A stretch of 62,414 bases of DNA from Candidatus Giovannonibacteria bacterium (GTDB lineage: Bacteria; Patescibacteriota; Minisyncoccia; JACPKW01; UBA11713): assembly GCA_016176285.1 (NCBI GenBank), contig JACOXM010000003.1, forward strand, positions 1 through 62,414. The letters are read 5' to 3'. Position numbers and translations under genes: made by a program. A model generated the notes under the pieces. It had not been told where the DNA came from. It did no database searches and worked only from the letters and a program-made list of their open reading frames with translations. This document shows, in pieces, positions 45,902 to 55,431 of the stretch. The number at the start of each line of letters is the position of its first letter. The first letter of the stretch is position 1.

Positions 45902-46137
45902 AAGTGCAGGACAAAATTGCTTTTGTAATTTTTCCCATGTAAATGGGGAGTTTTTTTTATTTGTCCACAGTATTAACGTTTAAAAGATTATTTACATTCT
46001 GAAAAGCCTTTTTAAAAATGAGAGAGTAGTCGAGTTCTTTTTCATTACAGGATTAATAGTCGCGATCGCGGATGGACCGAAACCTGGATTGACTAGTCTC
46101 TTTGGTGACGGAAAAAAAGCGAAGCGACGGAAGCGAA

Positions 46138-46989
46138 ATGAAATCATCTAGAAAGCTGATGACGGTAGCAATGCTTATGCTGCTTAGTTTATTGGCAGAA
46201 AACGGAAACGTAGTTAATAAAGCGCTGGCTTCAACCGCGGCGGCAGTTTCTTCTCCTTACTTCTACAATTTCAACGTGGCAGGTACGCTGGAGGAAGCTT
46301 CGCCCATGAATTCAAGCACATCTCCTTATTGGTGGTTAAATTCAGGAGGATTAATGTACTTAAAAGACGGCGTCGGGCAAACTGTCCAGGGGAATCTCGC
46401 CTCTACAAATAAATGGCGGCTCCTTTATGCCTCGTCGAACCCCGTGGATACTGATAATGGCTACCACCCGCAAAACCTTTTTCGGCTGGTAACGAGAAAC
46501 AAATGGCAGAATTTTTCCCAGCAGGCTTACTTCAAGATTACGAGAAATAACTTGAGCGCGAGTTCGAATCGCAATCAATCAAATGGGTTTCTCCTAATGA
46601 ACAGGTATGCGGCTGATGGGCAGACCCTCTATTATGCGGGAATAAGGGTAGACGGGTACGCGGTTATAAAGAAAAAGTATTTCGGAAGTTACACGACATT
46701 GAAGCTTAATAAAATTTTTCCGGGAACGTGGGATCGAAATACTCACCCGAACCTAATTACGGAAAACGACGGATATAATAAATGGTACGGCCTCAAAACT
46801 GTCGTACAGAATATGCATGATGGCAGGGTGCACATTCAGCTCTACCTTGATAGCGGAAGGACGGGGACGTGGAAGCTTGTTGCGGATGCGTATGATACTT
46901 CTTCGGTTATTTCCGGTTCGAATTATGCCGGAATCAGGACGGACTTCATGGATGTAATATTCGAAGACTACAAAATGGTGAATCTATAG
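46138..46989 (+). CDS. Secreted hypothetical protein with a concanavalin/LamG-like domain (paralog of 42112-42969)
   Basis: Signal-like N-terminus MKSSRKLMTVAMLMLLSLLA and shared blocks with the ORF at 42112. ATG at 46138. Confidence 0.5.
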   Translation: MKSSRKLMTVAMLMLLSLLAENGNVVNKALASTAAAVSSPYFYNFNVAGTLEEASPMNSSTSPYWWLNSGGLMYLKDGVGQTVQGNLASTNKWRLLYASSNPVDTDNGYHPQNLFRLVTRNKWQNFSQQAYFKITRNNLSASSNRNQSNGFLLMNRYAADGQTLYYAGIRVDGYAVIKKKYFGSYTTLKLNKIFPGTWDRNTHPNLITENDGYNKWYGLKTVVQNMHDGRVHIQLYLDSGRTGTWKLVADAYDTSSVISGSNYAGIRTDFMDVIFEDYKMVNL

Positions 46990-47007
46990 AATAGAACTCT
47001 ATACAAC

Positions 47008-47046
47008 AAAACAAGGCGGACTTTCCCCGCCTTGTTTTGTTTTTTT
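47008..47046 (+). terminator. Intrinsic terminator
   Basis: ACAAGGCGG (47011-47019) / CCGCCTTGT (47027-47035), followed by a long T-run. Confidence 0.75.
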
Positions 47047-47072
47047 GGGCGATCTATTACAATTATTTTACT

Positions 47073-47804
47073 ATGGCCAAATATAAATTTACTCTAAAGG
47101 AGCGCCGTGATGTTGCCGAAGGGACCATGGCTTTTGTTTTTGATACATCTGGGGCGCCTGATTTTTCTTTCAGAGCTGGGCAATACGTGGAGGTAGGGCT
47201 CGAAAACCCGCCATATACGGACGAGAAAAAAAACCATAGAGAATTTTCGATTACATCGAGCCCGGAGGAAAAGGGAATTATAATGATCGCAAGCCGTATG
47301 AGGGATTCCGCGTTTAAGCGCTCGATGCGCGAAGTCCCGATGGGAACGGAATTCGCGATAGAGGGGCCTTATGGTGATTTTTCTCTGCATGAAAATATTC
47401 AAAGGCAAGCGGTTTTTATTGCGGGTGGAATCGGCATCACGCCGGTAAGAAGCATTTTAAAAGATGCGGCAGAAAGAAAACTTCCCCATAAAATTATTCT
47501 GATTTACTCAAATAGAACTCCTGAAAGCGCGGCTTTTATGGAAGACCTCGAAAAATTCGAAAAAATGAATCCTAATTTAACGGTGCTGGCGACAATGACC
47601 GATATGGAGAATGCAAAAAACCCATGGGAGGGGCTAAGGGGAAGAGTTGACGCCGATTTTATTAAAAATAATATTGGCGATCTTTCAAATTCGACATATT
47701 ATATAGTTGGTCCAGCTCAAATGGTTTCCGGCGTAGGCGCGGCGCTTGAGTCCGCGGGCGTTTCCAGGGATGATATGCGATTTGAGGAATTTTCAGGTTA
47801 TTGA
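47073..47804 (+). CDS. FAD/NAD(P)-binding oxidoreductase (ferredoxin-NADP reductase-like fold)
   Basis: REFSITSSP (RxYS-type FAD motif) and GGIGITP (NAD(P) motif). ATG at 47073. Confidence 0.65.
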   Translation: MAKYKFTLKERRDVAEGTMAFVFDTSGAPDFSFRAGQYVEVGLENPPYTDEKKNHREFSITSSPEEKGIIMIASRMRDSAFKRSMREVPMGTEFAIEGPYGDFSLHENIQRQAVFIAGGIGITPVRSILKDAAERKLPHKIILIYSNRTPESAAFMEDLEKFEKMNPNLTVLATMTDMENAKNPWEGLRGRVDADFIKNNIGDLSNSTYYIVGPAQMVSGVGAALESAGVSRDDMRFEEFSGY

Positions 47805-47840
47805 TTATTTAAAATTTGACACATTTGCTAAAATATAAAT

Positions 47841-48077
47841 ATGGCTAAAGATGTAAAAATTTATTCAACTCCAACCTGCGTCTATTGCAAAATGGCGAAG
47901 GAGCTTTTTGCCAAGAATAACGTCCAATACAAAGACATGAATGTCGCCCAAGACCTTCAGGCAAGGGAAGATATGGTAGAAAAATCCGGACAGATGGGCG
48001 TACCGGTAATAGATATAGACGGCTCTATCGTTGTTGGTTTTGACGAAGTAAAGCTTAAGGAGCTTTTGGGGATTTAG
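47841..48077 (+). CDS. Glutaredoxin-like (NrdH/YruB-type) thioredoxin-fold protein
   Basis: 78-aa ORF with the CVYC active site and GVP motif. Confidence 0.75.
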   Translation: MAKDVKIYSTPTCVYCKMAKELFAKNNVQYKDMNVAQDLQAREDMVEKSGQMGVPVIDIDGSIVVGFDEVKLKELLGI

Positions 48078-49141
48078 ATATCTTTATGATATTCCTCCAG
48101 GGATATTTTAACGGTTTCTTCTTTTCCTTTTCTAAAAATAATTAAATCAACTTGGTCGCCTATTTCATGTTGGGAGAGAAGATCCTCGAGCGTTTCTTTT
48201 TCCGATATTTCCCTGTCGTTGCATTTTATTATCACGTCAAATTCCTCTAGTCCAGCTTTTGCGGCTGGGGAATTAGGAATGACGGGGAGATCTCCGGGGA
48301 TGCCTTCGTTTACAATCAGCGCTCCATGGTCAATCGGAAGATTAAATCTGTCTCTAAGGAATTTATTTAAAAGAAGATACCTCACGCCGAGAAATGGACG
48401 CCGTATGCGGCCGAATTTTTTAACTTCTTCGAGGTCTCTCCTGGCTTTTTCTATCGGAATCGCGAAACCGATATTTTGTGCGCCAAAAACAACCGCAACA
48501 TTGATGCCTATCGCGTCTCCGTCCAAATTTACCAAAGGTCCGCCGGAGTTTCCCGGATTGATCGCGGCGTCAGTTTGAATGAGTCCGCGTAACCGCTCTT
48601 GGTGGCCCATCATATCCGCGGCCGCGGATATGAAGCGAGCTAATCCAGAAACGACTCCCGTAGAAACGGTATTTTGAAATTCCCCAAGCGCGTTTCCGAC
48701 GGCTATAACGCTTTGCCCCAAAATTATCCCGTCCGTTGATCCGATATTAATAAAGGGGACTTTATCTTGTGAGGTGATTTTAAGTATTGCGACGTCGTTA
48801 ATAGGATCCCTTGCGACCACTTCCGCTTCGTAGGCTTTTCCGTTTGATGTACCGATATCATATGTCGCGTGCTTGTCCATAACAACGTGGCGGTTTGTTA
48901 AAATTATCCCATCCTCCGAAACAAAAAAACCCGACCCTCCTCCGATTTTTATTCTGCCCTTCTCGTCCTTTGGGGCGTGTTCAATCTCGTGCTCCAGGAA
49001 TTCCTGGTAATGGGGCAGCCTGAAAAATTGGAGCGGCAGATCTTTTGTGATGTCCTTAATTTCCTTAGCTATTGTTATTGAAATTACCGCGGGCAGAACT
49101 TTTCCAACCGCAGAGGTAATCTTTTTTTCGTGTTCTGTCAT
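48074..49141 (-). CDS. HtrA/DegP family serine protease with a PDZ domain
   Basis: 355-aa ORF with the His context TNRHVV, Asp DVAILK, Ser GNSGGPLVN and a C-terminal PDZ-like region. Confidence 0.8.
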   Translation of the reverse strand: MTEHEKKITSAVGKVLPAVISITIAKEIKDITKDLPLQFFRLPHYQEFLEHEIEHAPKDEKGRIKIGGGSGFFVSEDGIILTNRHVVMDKHATYDIGTSNGKAYEAEVVARDPINDVAILKITSQDKVPFINIGSTDGIILGQSVIAVGNALGEFQNTVSTGVVSGLARFISAAADMMGHQERLRGLIQTDAAINPGNSGGPLVNLDGDAIGINVAVVFGAQNIGFAIPIEKARRDLEEVKKFGRIRRPFLGVRYLLLNKFLRDRFNLPIDHGALIVNEGIPGDLPVIPNSPAAKAGLEEFDVIIKCNDREISEKETLEDLLSQHEIGDQVDLIIFRKGKEETVKISLEEYHKDI

Positions 49142-49196
49142 AATTTAAATAATAACCCTTTTTGTGTTATAAGTTAATGGTAAAAGTAAAAATTCG

Positions 49197-49269
49197 CCCC
49201 TCGTAGTTCAACGGATGAGAATAGCCCCGTCCTAAGGGGTTGATGCAGGTTCGATTCCTGCCGAGGGGA
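49197..49269 (+). tRNA. tRNA-Arg (anticodon CCT)
   Basis: Acceptor CCCCTCG/CGAGGGG (C1:G72), anticodon stem GCCCC/GGGGT with loop GTCCTAA, T arm GCAGG-TTCGATT-CCTGC. Confidence 0.75.
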
Positions 49270-49292
49270 CAATTTAGTAAAAGTCAAAGAGA

Positions 49293-49730
49293 TTGCACAT
49301 GAAAGTTCGTATAAAAAGAATTGATAAAAATTTACCACTCCCGGAATATAAGACGAAGGGGGCGGTTGGTTTTGATTTTATGGCGAGGATTTCTATGACC
49401 ATTTTACCGAAGGGCGTGGCAAGGGTGCCCCTTAATATCGCGCTTGAACCGCCGGATGGATATTTTCTTTTGGTCGCGGCAAGGGGATCTCTGCCGAAAA
49501 AAGGATTGATGCTCGCGAACAGCGTTGGCATCGGTGACCAGGATTTCTCCGGAAATAAGGACGAGTATTGGGCTACTTTATATAATTTCACGGATTATGA
49601 AGTTTCTGTCGCGCGCGGCGAGCGGTTGGTACAGGGTATTTTCAAGAAGTACGGCAAGGCGGATTGGGAGGAAGTTGACGATTTGGAAAACGAAAACCGA
49701 GGGGGTTTTGGCACTACCGGGCTTATTTAG
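49293..49730 (+). CDS. dut: dUTP diphosphatase (dCTP deaminase/dUTPase superfamily)
   Basis: 145-aa ORF with GAVGFDF, ANSVGIGDQDF.G and RGGFGTTG. Confidence 0.75.
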   Translation: MHMKVRIKRIDKNLPLPEYKTKGAVGFDFMARISMTILPKGVARVPLNIALEPPDGYFLLVAARGSLPKKGLMLANSVGIGDQDFSGNKDEYWATLYNFTDYEVSVARGERLVQGIFKKYGKADWEEVDDLENENRGGFGTTGLI

Positions 49731-49762
49731 ACGCTTCTTCCGGATTATTGTATAATCCAAAC

Positions 49763-50242
49763 ATGCCACACAACATCGAAAAAGCAATTATCGGTGTACT
49801 TATTGTAATCATCCTCGCCATGGGCGGATATTTTATTTATGTTAACCGAGCCCAAGCCCCGGCAGATGAAAATAATTCAGCGCAAAATGCTCCAACGCCG
49901 ACGCCTAGTGTCAACGAAACCGCGGGGTGGAAGACATATCAAAATAAAGAATTCGGATTTGAGTTTAAATATCCTGATGATTGGAAAGTAGAGGATATGA
50001 CTTATTGTACGGCCGCGAATGTATGCGGGAGTGTTGGAACAATTCTAAAACCAAACGCTGTAAATTTAGATCCCGTAAAAGATAGAATTGAATGGGGAGG
50101 AAGACAATTTACGTGCGAATTAGCAGGAAAAGTAACTCGATGTCTTTCCGACGAAAAAGAGTATATGCATACTTATAGCAAAAATTCTGAGGTATTGAAA
50201 ATATTCGATAAAATTGCAGAAACGGTAAAAGTAACAAATTAA
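49763..50242 (+). CDS. Membrane-anchored hypothetical protein
   Basis: N-terminal TM, then the GWKTYQNKEFGFEFKYPDDW motif, which is also seen in the ORF at 61618. ATG at 49763, with TATAAT at 49751-49756. Confidence 0.45.
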   Translation: MPHNIEKAIIGVLIVIILAMGGYFIYVNRAQAPADENNSAQNAPTPTPSVNETAGWKTYQNKEFGFEFKYPDDWKVEDMTYCTAANVCGSVGTILKPNAVNLDPVKDRIEWGGRQFTCELAGKVTRCLSDEKEYMHTYSKNSEVLKIFDKIAETVKVTN

Positions 50243-50280
50243 TACTCGACTTTCAAATTTATTAATTAATCTTAAAAAAT

Positions 50281-50547
50281 ATGATGCAAAATGTTTTGAT
50301 TGATAATTGGGTAGGGTGGACGGGACCAATGGGCGGATATTTTGCCGTTCGGCCGGGAACATTTTTCGCCGTTTTTTTAGTGCTAGTTATTTGGAGTTTG
50401 ATTTGGAAGGGGATGGCTTTATGGAAAGCCGCGCGTTTGGGAGAGAGAGGATGGTTTGTAGCGCTTTTGATTATTAACACGCTCGGAATTTTGGAAATTC
50501 TGTATCTCTACGTATTTTCGAAATCGGAAGAGCCGGTTGCGAAATAA
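50281..50547 (+). CDS. Small membrane protein (DUF5652-like)
   Basis: 88-aa ORF with two TM segments and the WKGMALWKAAR motif. Confidence 0.5.
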   Translation: MMQNVLIDNWVGWTGPMGGYFAVRPGTFFAVFLVLVIWSLIWKGMALWKAARLGERGWFVALLIINTLGILEILYLYVFSKSEEPVAK

Positions 50548-50575
50548 GAACTTACCCGCTAAAATTCTTTAGCGG

Positions 50576-50646
50576 GGGCCTATAGTTCAGTGGTAGAACG
50601 GATCCATGGCATGGATCAGGTTGGGGTTCGATTCCCCATAGGTCCA
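50576..50646 (+). tRNA. tRNA-Ala (anticodon GGC)
   Basis: Acceptor GGGCCTA/TAGGTCC with G3:U70, anticodon stem GATCC/GGATC with loop ATGGCAT, T arm TGGGG-TTCGATT-CCCCA, A73. No CCA. Confidence 0.85.
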
Positions 50647-50705
50647 CTACTTCGCTCCTTATGGAGCTTCGAAGTGCAGAGCACAATAAAATAAAAAGAA
50701 GTAGT
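50641..50705 (+). repeat. 65-nt repeat copy B (partner of 1939-2003)
   Basis: Identical to copy A except for 2 mismatches. It starts within the 3' acceptor strand of tRNA-Ala(GGC). Confidence 0.85.
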
Positions 50706-50744
50706 GTCCTTCGTAGCCTTGGCGAAGAAGGGCTAAATGTAATT

Positions 50745-50957
50745 ATGTATTACATATATATTTTACAAAGCCAAAAAGATAGGAGTTATTACACAGGTAT
50801 TACAGAAGATTTAAAGCAAAGATTGCGAGAGCATAATGCTGGCCCCTTTAAGATAGCCTTTTATTGTGCTTTTAAAGATAAAAAGAAGGCATTAGATTTT
50901 GAAAAATATTTAAAATCTAGCTCCGGGTTTGCCTTCGCTCGCAAAAGATTTATTTAA
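50745..50957 (+). CDS. GIY-YIG nuclease family protein, shortened variant (possibly decaying)
   Basis: MYYIYILQSQKDRSYYTGITEDLKQRLREHNAG followed by a shortened C-terminal half relative to the 86-aa paralog at 8083. Confidence 0.55.
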   Translation: MYYIYILQSQKDRSYYTGITEDLKQRLREHNAGPFKIAFYCAFKDKKKALDFEKYLKSSSGFAFARKRFI

Positions 50958-51029
50958 TTTTCTAACGCCCTATGCATAGTCTACCCGACTGGCTCGAAAT
51001 AAGGAGGAGGTGAATCCGTCTATATTCAT

Positions 51030-51788
51030 ATGAAAAGAAGCGTAATTTTAACGAGTTTAGGGTTGATAGTCTTGCTTTTTTTGGCAGGGCTTATTTTTGC
51101 TAATAGGCAGGAAAAAAATGACGGCGCGGATGTTGCCACTTCGGAATATTTTGCAGATCAAATTCAGAAAATAGGCATCAATAATCTTGGGGCAATGCCG
51201 ATCGAGGGTTTTGACGCAGGAATCTTAATGCAGGCGTTCGAGGGACTTAAAGAAGAAGATTTCAACAACGTCGAAACTTTTGAAGGAAAATATTTATTGA
51301 GAAATGGCGAGCTTGTGTTTGAAAGGACGCAAAGCCAGCCAATATCTTCTGCCGAGAAAACTCTTTCGGAAAAAGGATATAAAACTCTTATAGCAAATCT
51401 GTCTTCGCGCCTGAATTTACAAGTAGCCGACAAGGCAGACGTTGATAAAATAATTTCGAAAATAAATTCAGGTCCAACTAAAGCTTTCGTCCAAGCGGGG
51501 ATTGGCCAGGCGGCAAGCGCACTTGGAGTTACGATCACGCCTGCGAAAATTCTGGAAGACAGCCGCTGTCCGGTTGATGTCCAATGCATCTGGGCCGGAC
51601 AAGTCCGCTTGGAAGCGCAGGTGAAAAATCAGTCCGTGGAGAAAAAAGTTGAATTCAAATCGGGTTCACCCGTCGCTTTTGAAAATTTTGAAATAACATT
51701 AACAGAGGTGCGGCCCGAACCGCGTTCGCAGAAAAAAATCGAAACCGCGGACTACATTTTCACTTTCGAATTGAAAAAAATTAATTGA
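51030..51788 (+). CDS. Secreted/membrane-anchored hypothetical protein
   Basis: 252-aa ORF with a signal/anchor sequence VILTSLGLIVLLFLAGLIFA. Confidence 0.45.
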   Translation: MKRSVILTSLGLIVLLFLAGLIFANRQEKNDGADVATSEYFADQIQKIGINNLGAMPIEGFDAGILMQAFEGLKEEDFNNVETFEGKYLLRNGELVFERTQSQPISSAEKTLSEKGYKTLIANLSSRLNLQVADKADVDKIISKINSGPTKAFVQAGIGQAASALGVTITPAKILEDSRCPVDVQCIWAGQVRLEAQVKNQSVEKKVEFKSGSPVAFENFEITLTEVRPEPRSQKKIETADYIFTFELKKIN

Positions 51789-51804
51789 TTTCAAATATCC
51801 ACTT

Positions 51805-51834
51805 GCAATAATACCCCCTAGGGGGTATTATTGC
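51805..51834. promoter_or_regulatory. CsoR-type operator: perfect 30-bp palindrome
   Basis: GCAATAATACCCCCTAGGGGGTATTATTGC ends 3 nt before the csoR ATG. The C-tract/G-tract core flanked by AT-rich arms matches the known CsoR operator architecture. Confidence 0.7.
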
Positions 51835-51837
51835 TTT

Positions 51838-52098
51838 ATGAACGCAAAAAATAAATTAAAACAGAGGCTTCGCATAATTGAAGGCCAGGTGCGGGGACTC
51901 AGGGAGATGATTGAAAAAGGAGCTTATTGTATTGATATTATTACGCAGAGCTCAGCGGTGAAGCAGGGCTTATCCAATGTGGAAGATCTCCTTTTAGAAG
52001 GCCATCTTTCCGGTTGTGTTGTTAAGCAAATAAGGAATGGAAGCACTAATAAAGCTGTGAGCGAGGTACTCAAGGTTTATAAACTAAAAAGAAAATAA
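51838..52098 (+). CDS. csoR: CsoR/RcnR family metal-sensing transcriptional repressor
   Basis: 86-aa ORF with [16 protein letters not shown], the C-x-D motif (YCIDI) and an H...C pair (HLSGC). Confidence 0.85.
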   Translation: MNAKNKLKQRLRIIEGQVRGLREMIEKGAYCIDIITQSSAVKQGLSNVEDLLLEGHLSGCVVKQIRNGSTNKAVSEVLKVYKLKRK

Positions 52099-54389
52099 TG
52101 GCTGCCGAAACACTTAAAATCAAGGGTATGCATTGCGCTTCATGCGCGGCTATCATAGAGAAGGCGCTCATAAAAACCGAGGGGGTCAGGTCGGCAGAAG
52201 TTAATTTTGGAACAGAAACAGCCAAGGTAGATTTCGATTCCGCTAAAACGAGCGCAAAAGAACTTTCGAAGAAAATAGAGCCGTTGGGTTACTCGTTTTA
52301 TGTATCTACAGCCGAGGAAATGGGAATGACCGAAGAAGAACACGCGGCGCATTTGGGTTTGAGCCAATCGAAAGACGAAAAGCTTCGCGAACTTGCCGAG
52401 ATGAAAAAGAAAATATCGATTGCGATTCCGCTTTCCGTTGTAAGTATTTTCTCGATGAGCTGGGAAATCTTATCCAGTTTTGATATTCTCCCCGGATTAC
52501 CTCTTCTTTTGTCAGAACTTCTCCGTTATACAATACCGGTTATTGCCGCGTATATGCTTGTGGTTGTTGGCAGGCCTTATCTCAAGGGTGTTTATCGCTT
52601 TATCCGATATGGAAATGCAAACATGGATACTTTGATCGGCATCGGGACTTCGGTTGCGTTCCTTTACAGTGTTATTGTCACAGTTTTCGCTGAAACGCTT
52701 TCCCGCTTCATTGATGTATCAAGCACTTATTACGATGTAACGATTGTCGTGGTCGCTTTCATAACTTTAGGTAAATATTTGGAGGCGCGGTCAAAAATAA
52801 AAACCGGCGATGCAATTGAAAAATTACTGAATCTGCAGGCGAAAACCGCGCTTGTAAAACGAGACGGGAAAGAAATTGAAATTCCCGCGGACCAAGTTCG
52901 CATAGGGGACTTAATTATCGTAAAACCGGCCGGAAGGATTCCCGTTGACGGAGTTTTGGTTGAGGGGTCCTCGTTTGTTGATGAGTCCATGGTGACGGGC
53001 GAGCCGATTCCCGTTGAGAAAAAAAGGGGAGACTCCGTCGTGGCGGGCACGATGAACACTTCGGGTTCGTTTATTTTTCAAGCGGCAAAAGTTGGTTCCG
53101 AAACGCTTCTCTCGCACATAATAAAAATGGTGGAAGAAGCCCAGGGATCAAAAGCGCCGATACAGGCGCTTGCTGATAAAATTTCCTCGGTTTTCGTCCC
53201 GGTAGTTCTAGTCATTTCTTTCTTGGCATTAGCGCTTTGGCTTTTAATCGGATCAAGCATATTGGGATTTTCGTCCGCTCTGTCGCTCGGACTCGTTTCG
53301 TTTGTGGGTATTCTTGTGATTGCCTGTCCATGCGCGCTTGGGCTCGCGACACCTACTGCGATTATTGTCGGCGTCGGGAAAGGGGCAAAAGAGGGGATCT
53401 TAGTAAAAGACGCGGCAACTCTCGAAAAATTTTATAAGGTTGATACGGTTGTAATGGATAAAACGGGAACAATCACAAAGGGAAGGCCCGAACTTGCGGG
53501 GATGAAAAATTTTTCAAAAGAAAGCGATGAAAAAATAACTTCAATTCTTGCCTCTCTTGAAAATAAATCAGAGCACCCGATTTCAAGGGCCATTGTAGAA
53601 TATGCCCGTGAAAAAAATATAAAAATAGAAGATGTAATAAATTTCGAAATAATTAAAGGCAAGGGTGTGCGCGGAAAAATAGGGAAAGATGAATATTTTG
53701 CCGGCAACTCCAAACTGATGGAAGATTTAAAATTATCGTTTGATAAAAAGTCGATGGAGGAAAATACCAAAAAAGGGAAAACGCCGGTTATTCTCGCGTC
53801 AGCGAAGGGAGTAATCGGAGTTTTTATGGTTGAGGATAGTTTGAAGCCTGAAGCGGCCGAAGCCATAAGGAAATTGCATAATTTAGGAATCAAAACGATA
53901 ATGCTGACTGGTGACGATAGAAATACTGCGTTTTATATCGCAAGCCAAGTTGGAATTGATGAAGTATTTGCCGAAGTATTGCCGGAAGACAAGCAAAATA
54001 AAATAAAGGAGCTCCAGGAAAAAAATCACATTGTGGCGATGGCTGGGGACGGCGTAAACGACGCGCCTTCGCTTGCCCAGGCGGATGTGGGTATCGCAAT
54101 GGCGACCGGAACGGATGTGGCAATCGAGTCCGCGGGAATAACTCTTCTCCATGGCGATATCTCTAAATTAGTTAAGGCCGTCCATCTTTCGAGAATCACT
54201 ATGCGCGGAATCAAGCAAAATCTTTTCTGGGCTTTCATTTATAATATAGTGGGGATACCGCTTGCGGGAGGGATTTTTTATCCGATCTTCGGCTGGACAA
54301 TCTCGCCGATTTTCGCGGGACTCGCGATGGCGTTTTCTAGCGTTTCGGTTGTTTCAAATTCCTTACGCCTAAAAGCAATAAAACTATAA
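52098..54389 (+). CDS. copA: Copper-translocating P1B-type ATPase
   Basis: 763-aa ORF with N-terminal [28 protein letters not shown] and HP (SEHP). Confidence 0.9.
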   Translation: MAAETLKIKGMHCASCAAIIEKALIKTEGVRSAEVNFGTETAKVDFDSAKTSAKELSKKIEPLGYSFYVSTAEEMGMTEEEHAAHLGLSQSKDEKLRELAEMKKKISIAIPLSVVSIFSMSWEILSSFDILPGLPLLLSELLRYTIPVIAAYMLVVVGRPYLKGVYRFIRYGNANMDTLIGIGTSVAFLYSVIVTVFAETLSRFIDVSSTYYDVTIVVVAFITLGKYLEARSKIKTGDAIEKLLNLQAKTALVKRDGKEIEIPADQVRIGDLIIVKPAGRIPVDGVLVEGSSFVDESMVTGEPIPVEKKRGDSVVAGTMNTSGSFIFQAAKVGSETLLSHIIKMVEEAQGSKAPIQALADKISSVFVPVVLVISFLALALWLLIGSSILGFSSALSLGLVSFVGILVIACPCALGLATPTAIIVGVGKGAKEGILVKDAATLEKFYKVDTVVMDKTGTITKGRPELAGMKNFSKESDEKITSILASLENKSEHPISRAIVEYAREKNIKIEDVINFEIIKGKGVRGKIGKDEYFAGNSKLMEDLKLSFDKKSMEENTKKGKTPVILASAKGVIGVFMVEDSLKPEAAEAIRKLHNLGIKTIMLTGDDRNTAFYIASQVGIDEVFAEVLPEDKQNKIKELQEKNHIVAMAGDGVNDAPSLAQADVGIAMATGTDVAIESAGITLLHGDISKLVKAVHLSRITMRGIKQNLFWAFIYNIVGIPLAGGIFYPIFGWTISPIFAGLAMAFSSVSVVSNSLRLKAIKL

Positions 54390-54396
54390 TCAAATC

Positions 54397-55428
54397 GTGA
54401 ATTTAGAGTCAAAAAAATATATATTTCAGGTCAAGGGCATGCATTGCAAATCATGCGAAATTTTGACGGAGGGCGAGCTTAAAGATTTGCCGCAGATAAA
54501 AAAAGTGGAGGCGAATTTTAAATACCGCTCCGTCGAAATAGTTGGAGATTTTGGAGATATGTCGGAGGAATCGCTAGCCGTAGAATTATCAAAGCCGCTC
54601 TTAAAGCACGGATATTCGCTGACGCTTGAAAGAGAAGATAAAAAAATCAATTGGTCGGATTTCAAGATTGCTCTGCCGTTAGCATTGGCGTTTGGCGTGT
54701 TTTTTATAGCGCTCCAAAAATTAGGGATCGTAAATTTAATAAACTCCGGCAACGTTTCATATGGCGCGGCGTTTACAATAGGTTTTGTAGCTTCTCTTTC
54801 CACGTGCATGGCCGTGGTGGGCGGGCTTGTTTTATCCATGTCCGCGAATTTTGCCAAAGAGGGCGACAAAATAAAACCGCAGATTTATTTTCATTCAGGA
54901 AGGATAATTTCCTTTTTTATTTTAGGTGGCGTGGTTGGGGCGCTTGGTTCGGCTTTTCAGTTGGGGGCCATGGGGACCTTCGTTTTAGGTTTGCTTGTAG
55001 CGTTAGTGCTTTTAATACTCGGAATAAATCTTCTCGATATTTTTCATTTTACAAGAAAACTTCAGCCGACTTTGCCGAAATTTATTTCTAATCATTTGCT
55101 CGAACTTAAAAAAGCCAACCATTCTCTGACGCCGTTAGCGCTTGGAGCGATAACTTTTTTCCTTCCGTGCGGATTTACGCAGTCCATGCAGATTTACTCC
55201 CTCTCCACTGGAAGTTTTACGGCAGGAGCGCTCACGATGCTAAGTTTCGCGCTCGGAACTTTGCCGGTTCTATTGCTTTTAAGTTTCAGCTCGCTTGGAA
55301 TTCATGACAAGGCAAAGTCTGGAATATTTTTCAAAACCGCCGGGCTCGTCGTAATTTTCTTCGCTATTTTTAATCTTTTAAATAGCTTGGCGGCTATGGG
55401 CATTATCCCTCCAATTATTAATATTTAA
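54397..55428 (+). CDS. HMA domain fused to a polytopic TauE/SafE- or CcdA-like membrane protein
   Basis: 343-aa ORF with the N-terminal GMHCKSC metal-binding fold followed by about 6 TM segments. GTG start. Confidence 0.6.
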   Translation: MNLESKKYIFQVKGMHCKSCEILTEGELKDLPQIKKVEANFKYRSVEIVGDFGDMSEESLAVELSKPLLKHGYSLTLEREDKKINWSDFKIALPLALAFGVFFIALQKLGIVNLINSGNVSYGAAFTIGFVASLSTCMAVVGGLVLSMSANFAKEGDKIKPQIYFHSGRIISFFILGGVVGALGSAFQLGAMGTFVLGLLVALVLLILGINLLDIFHFTRKLQPTLPKFISNHLLELKKANHSLTPLALGAITFFLPCGFTQSMQIYSLSTGSFTAGALTMLSFALGTLPVLLLLSFSSLGIHDKAKSGIFFKTAGLVVIFFAIFNLLNSLAAMGIIPPIINI

Positions 55429-55431
55429 ATT

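Noticed and set aside
1939-50705. The 65-nt repeats as attL/attR of a 48.7-kb genomic island
   Set aside because: The enclosed region is full of core housekeeping genes (valS, nusA, rny, clpP, gpmI, rplS, tsaD and many unique tRNAs), with no integrase at either end. Duplication of a tRNA-Ala flank is more plausible.
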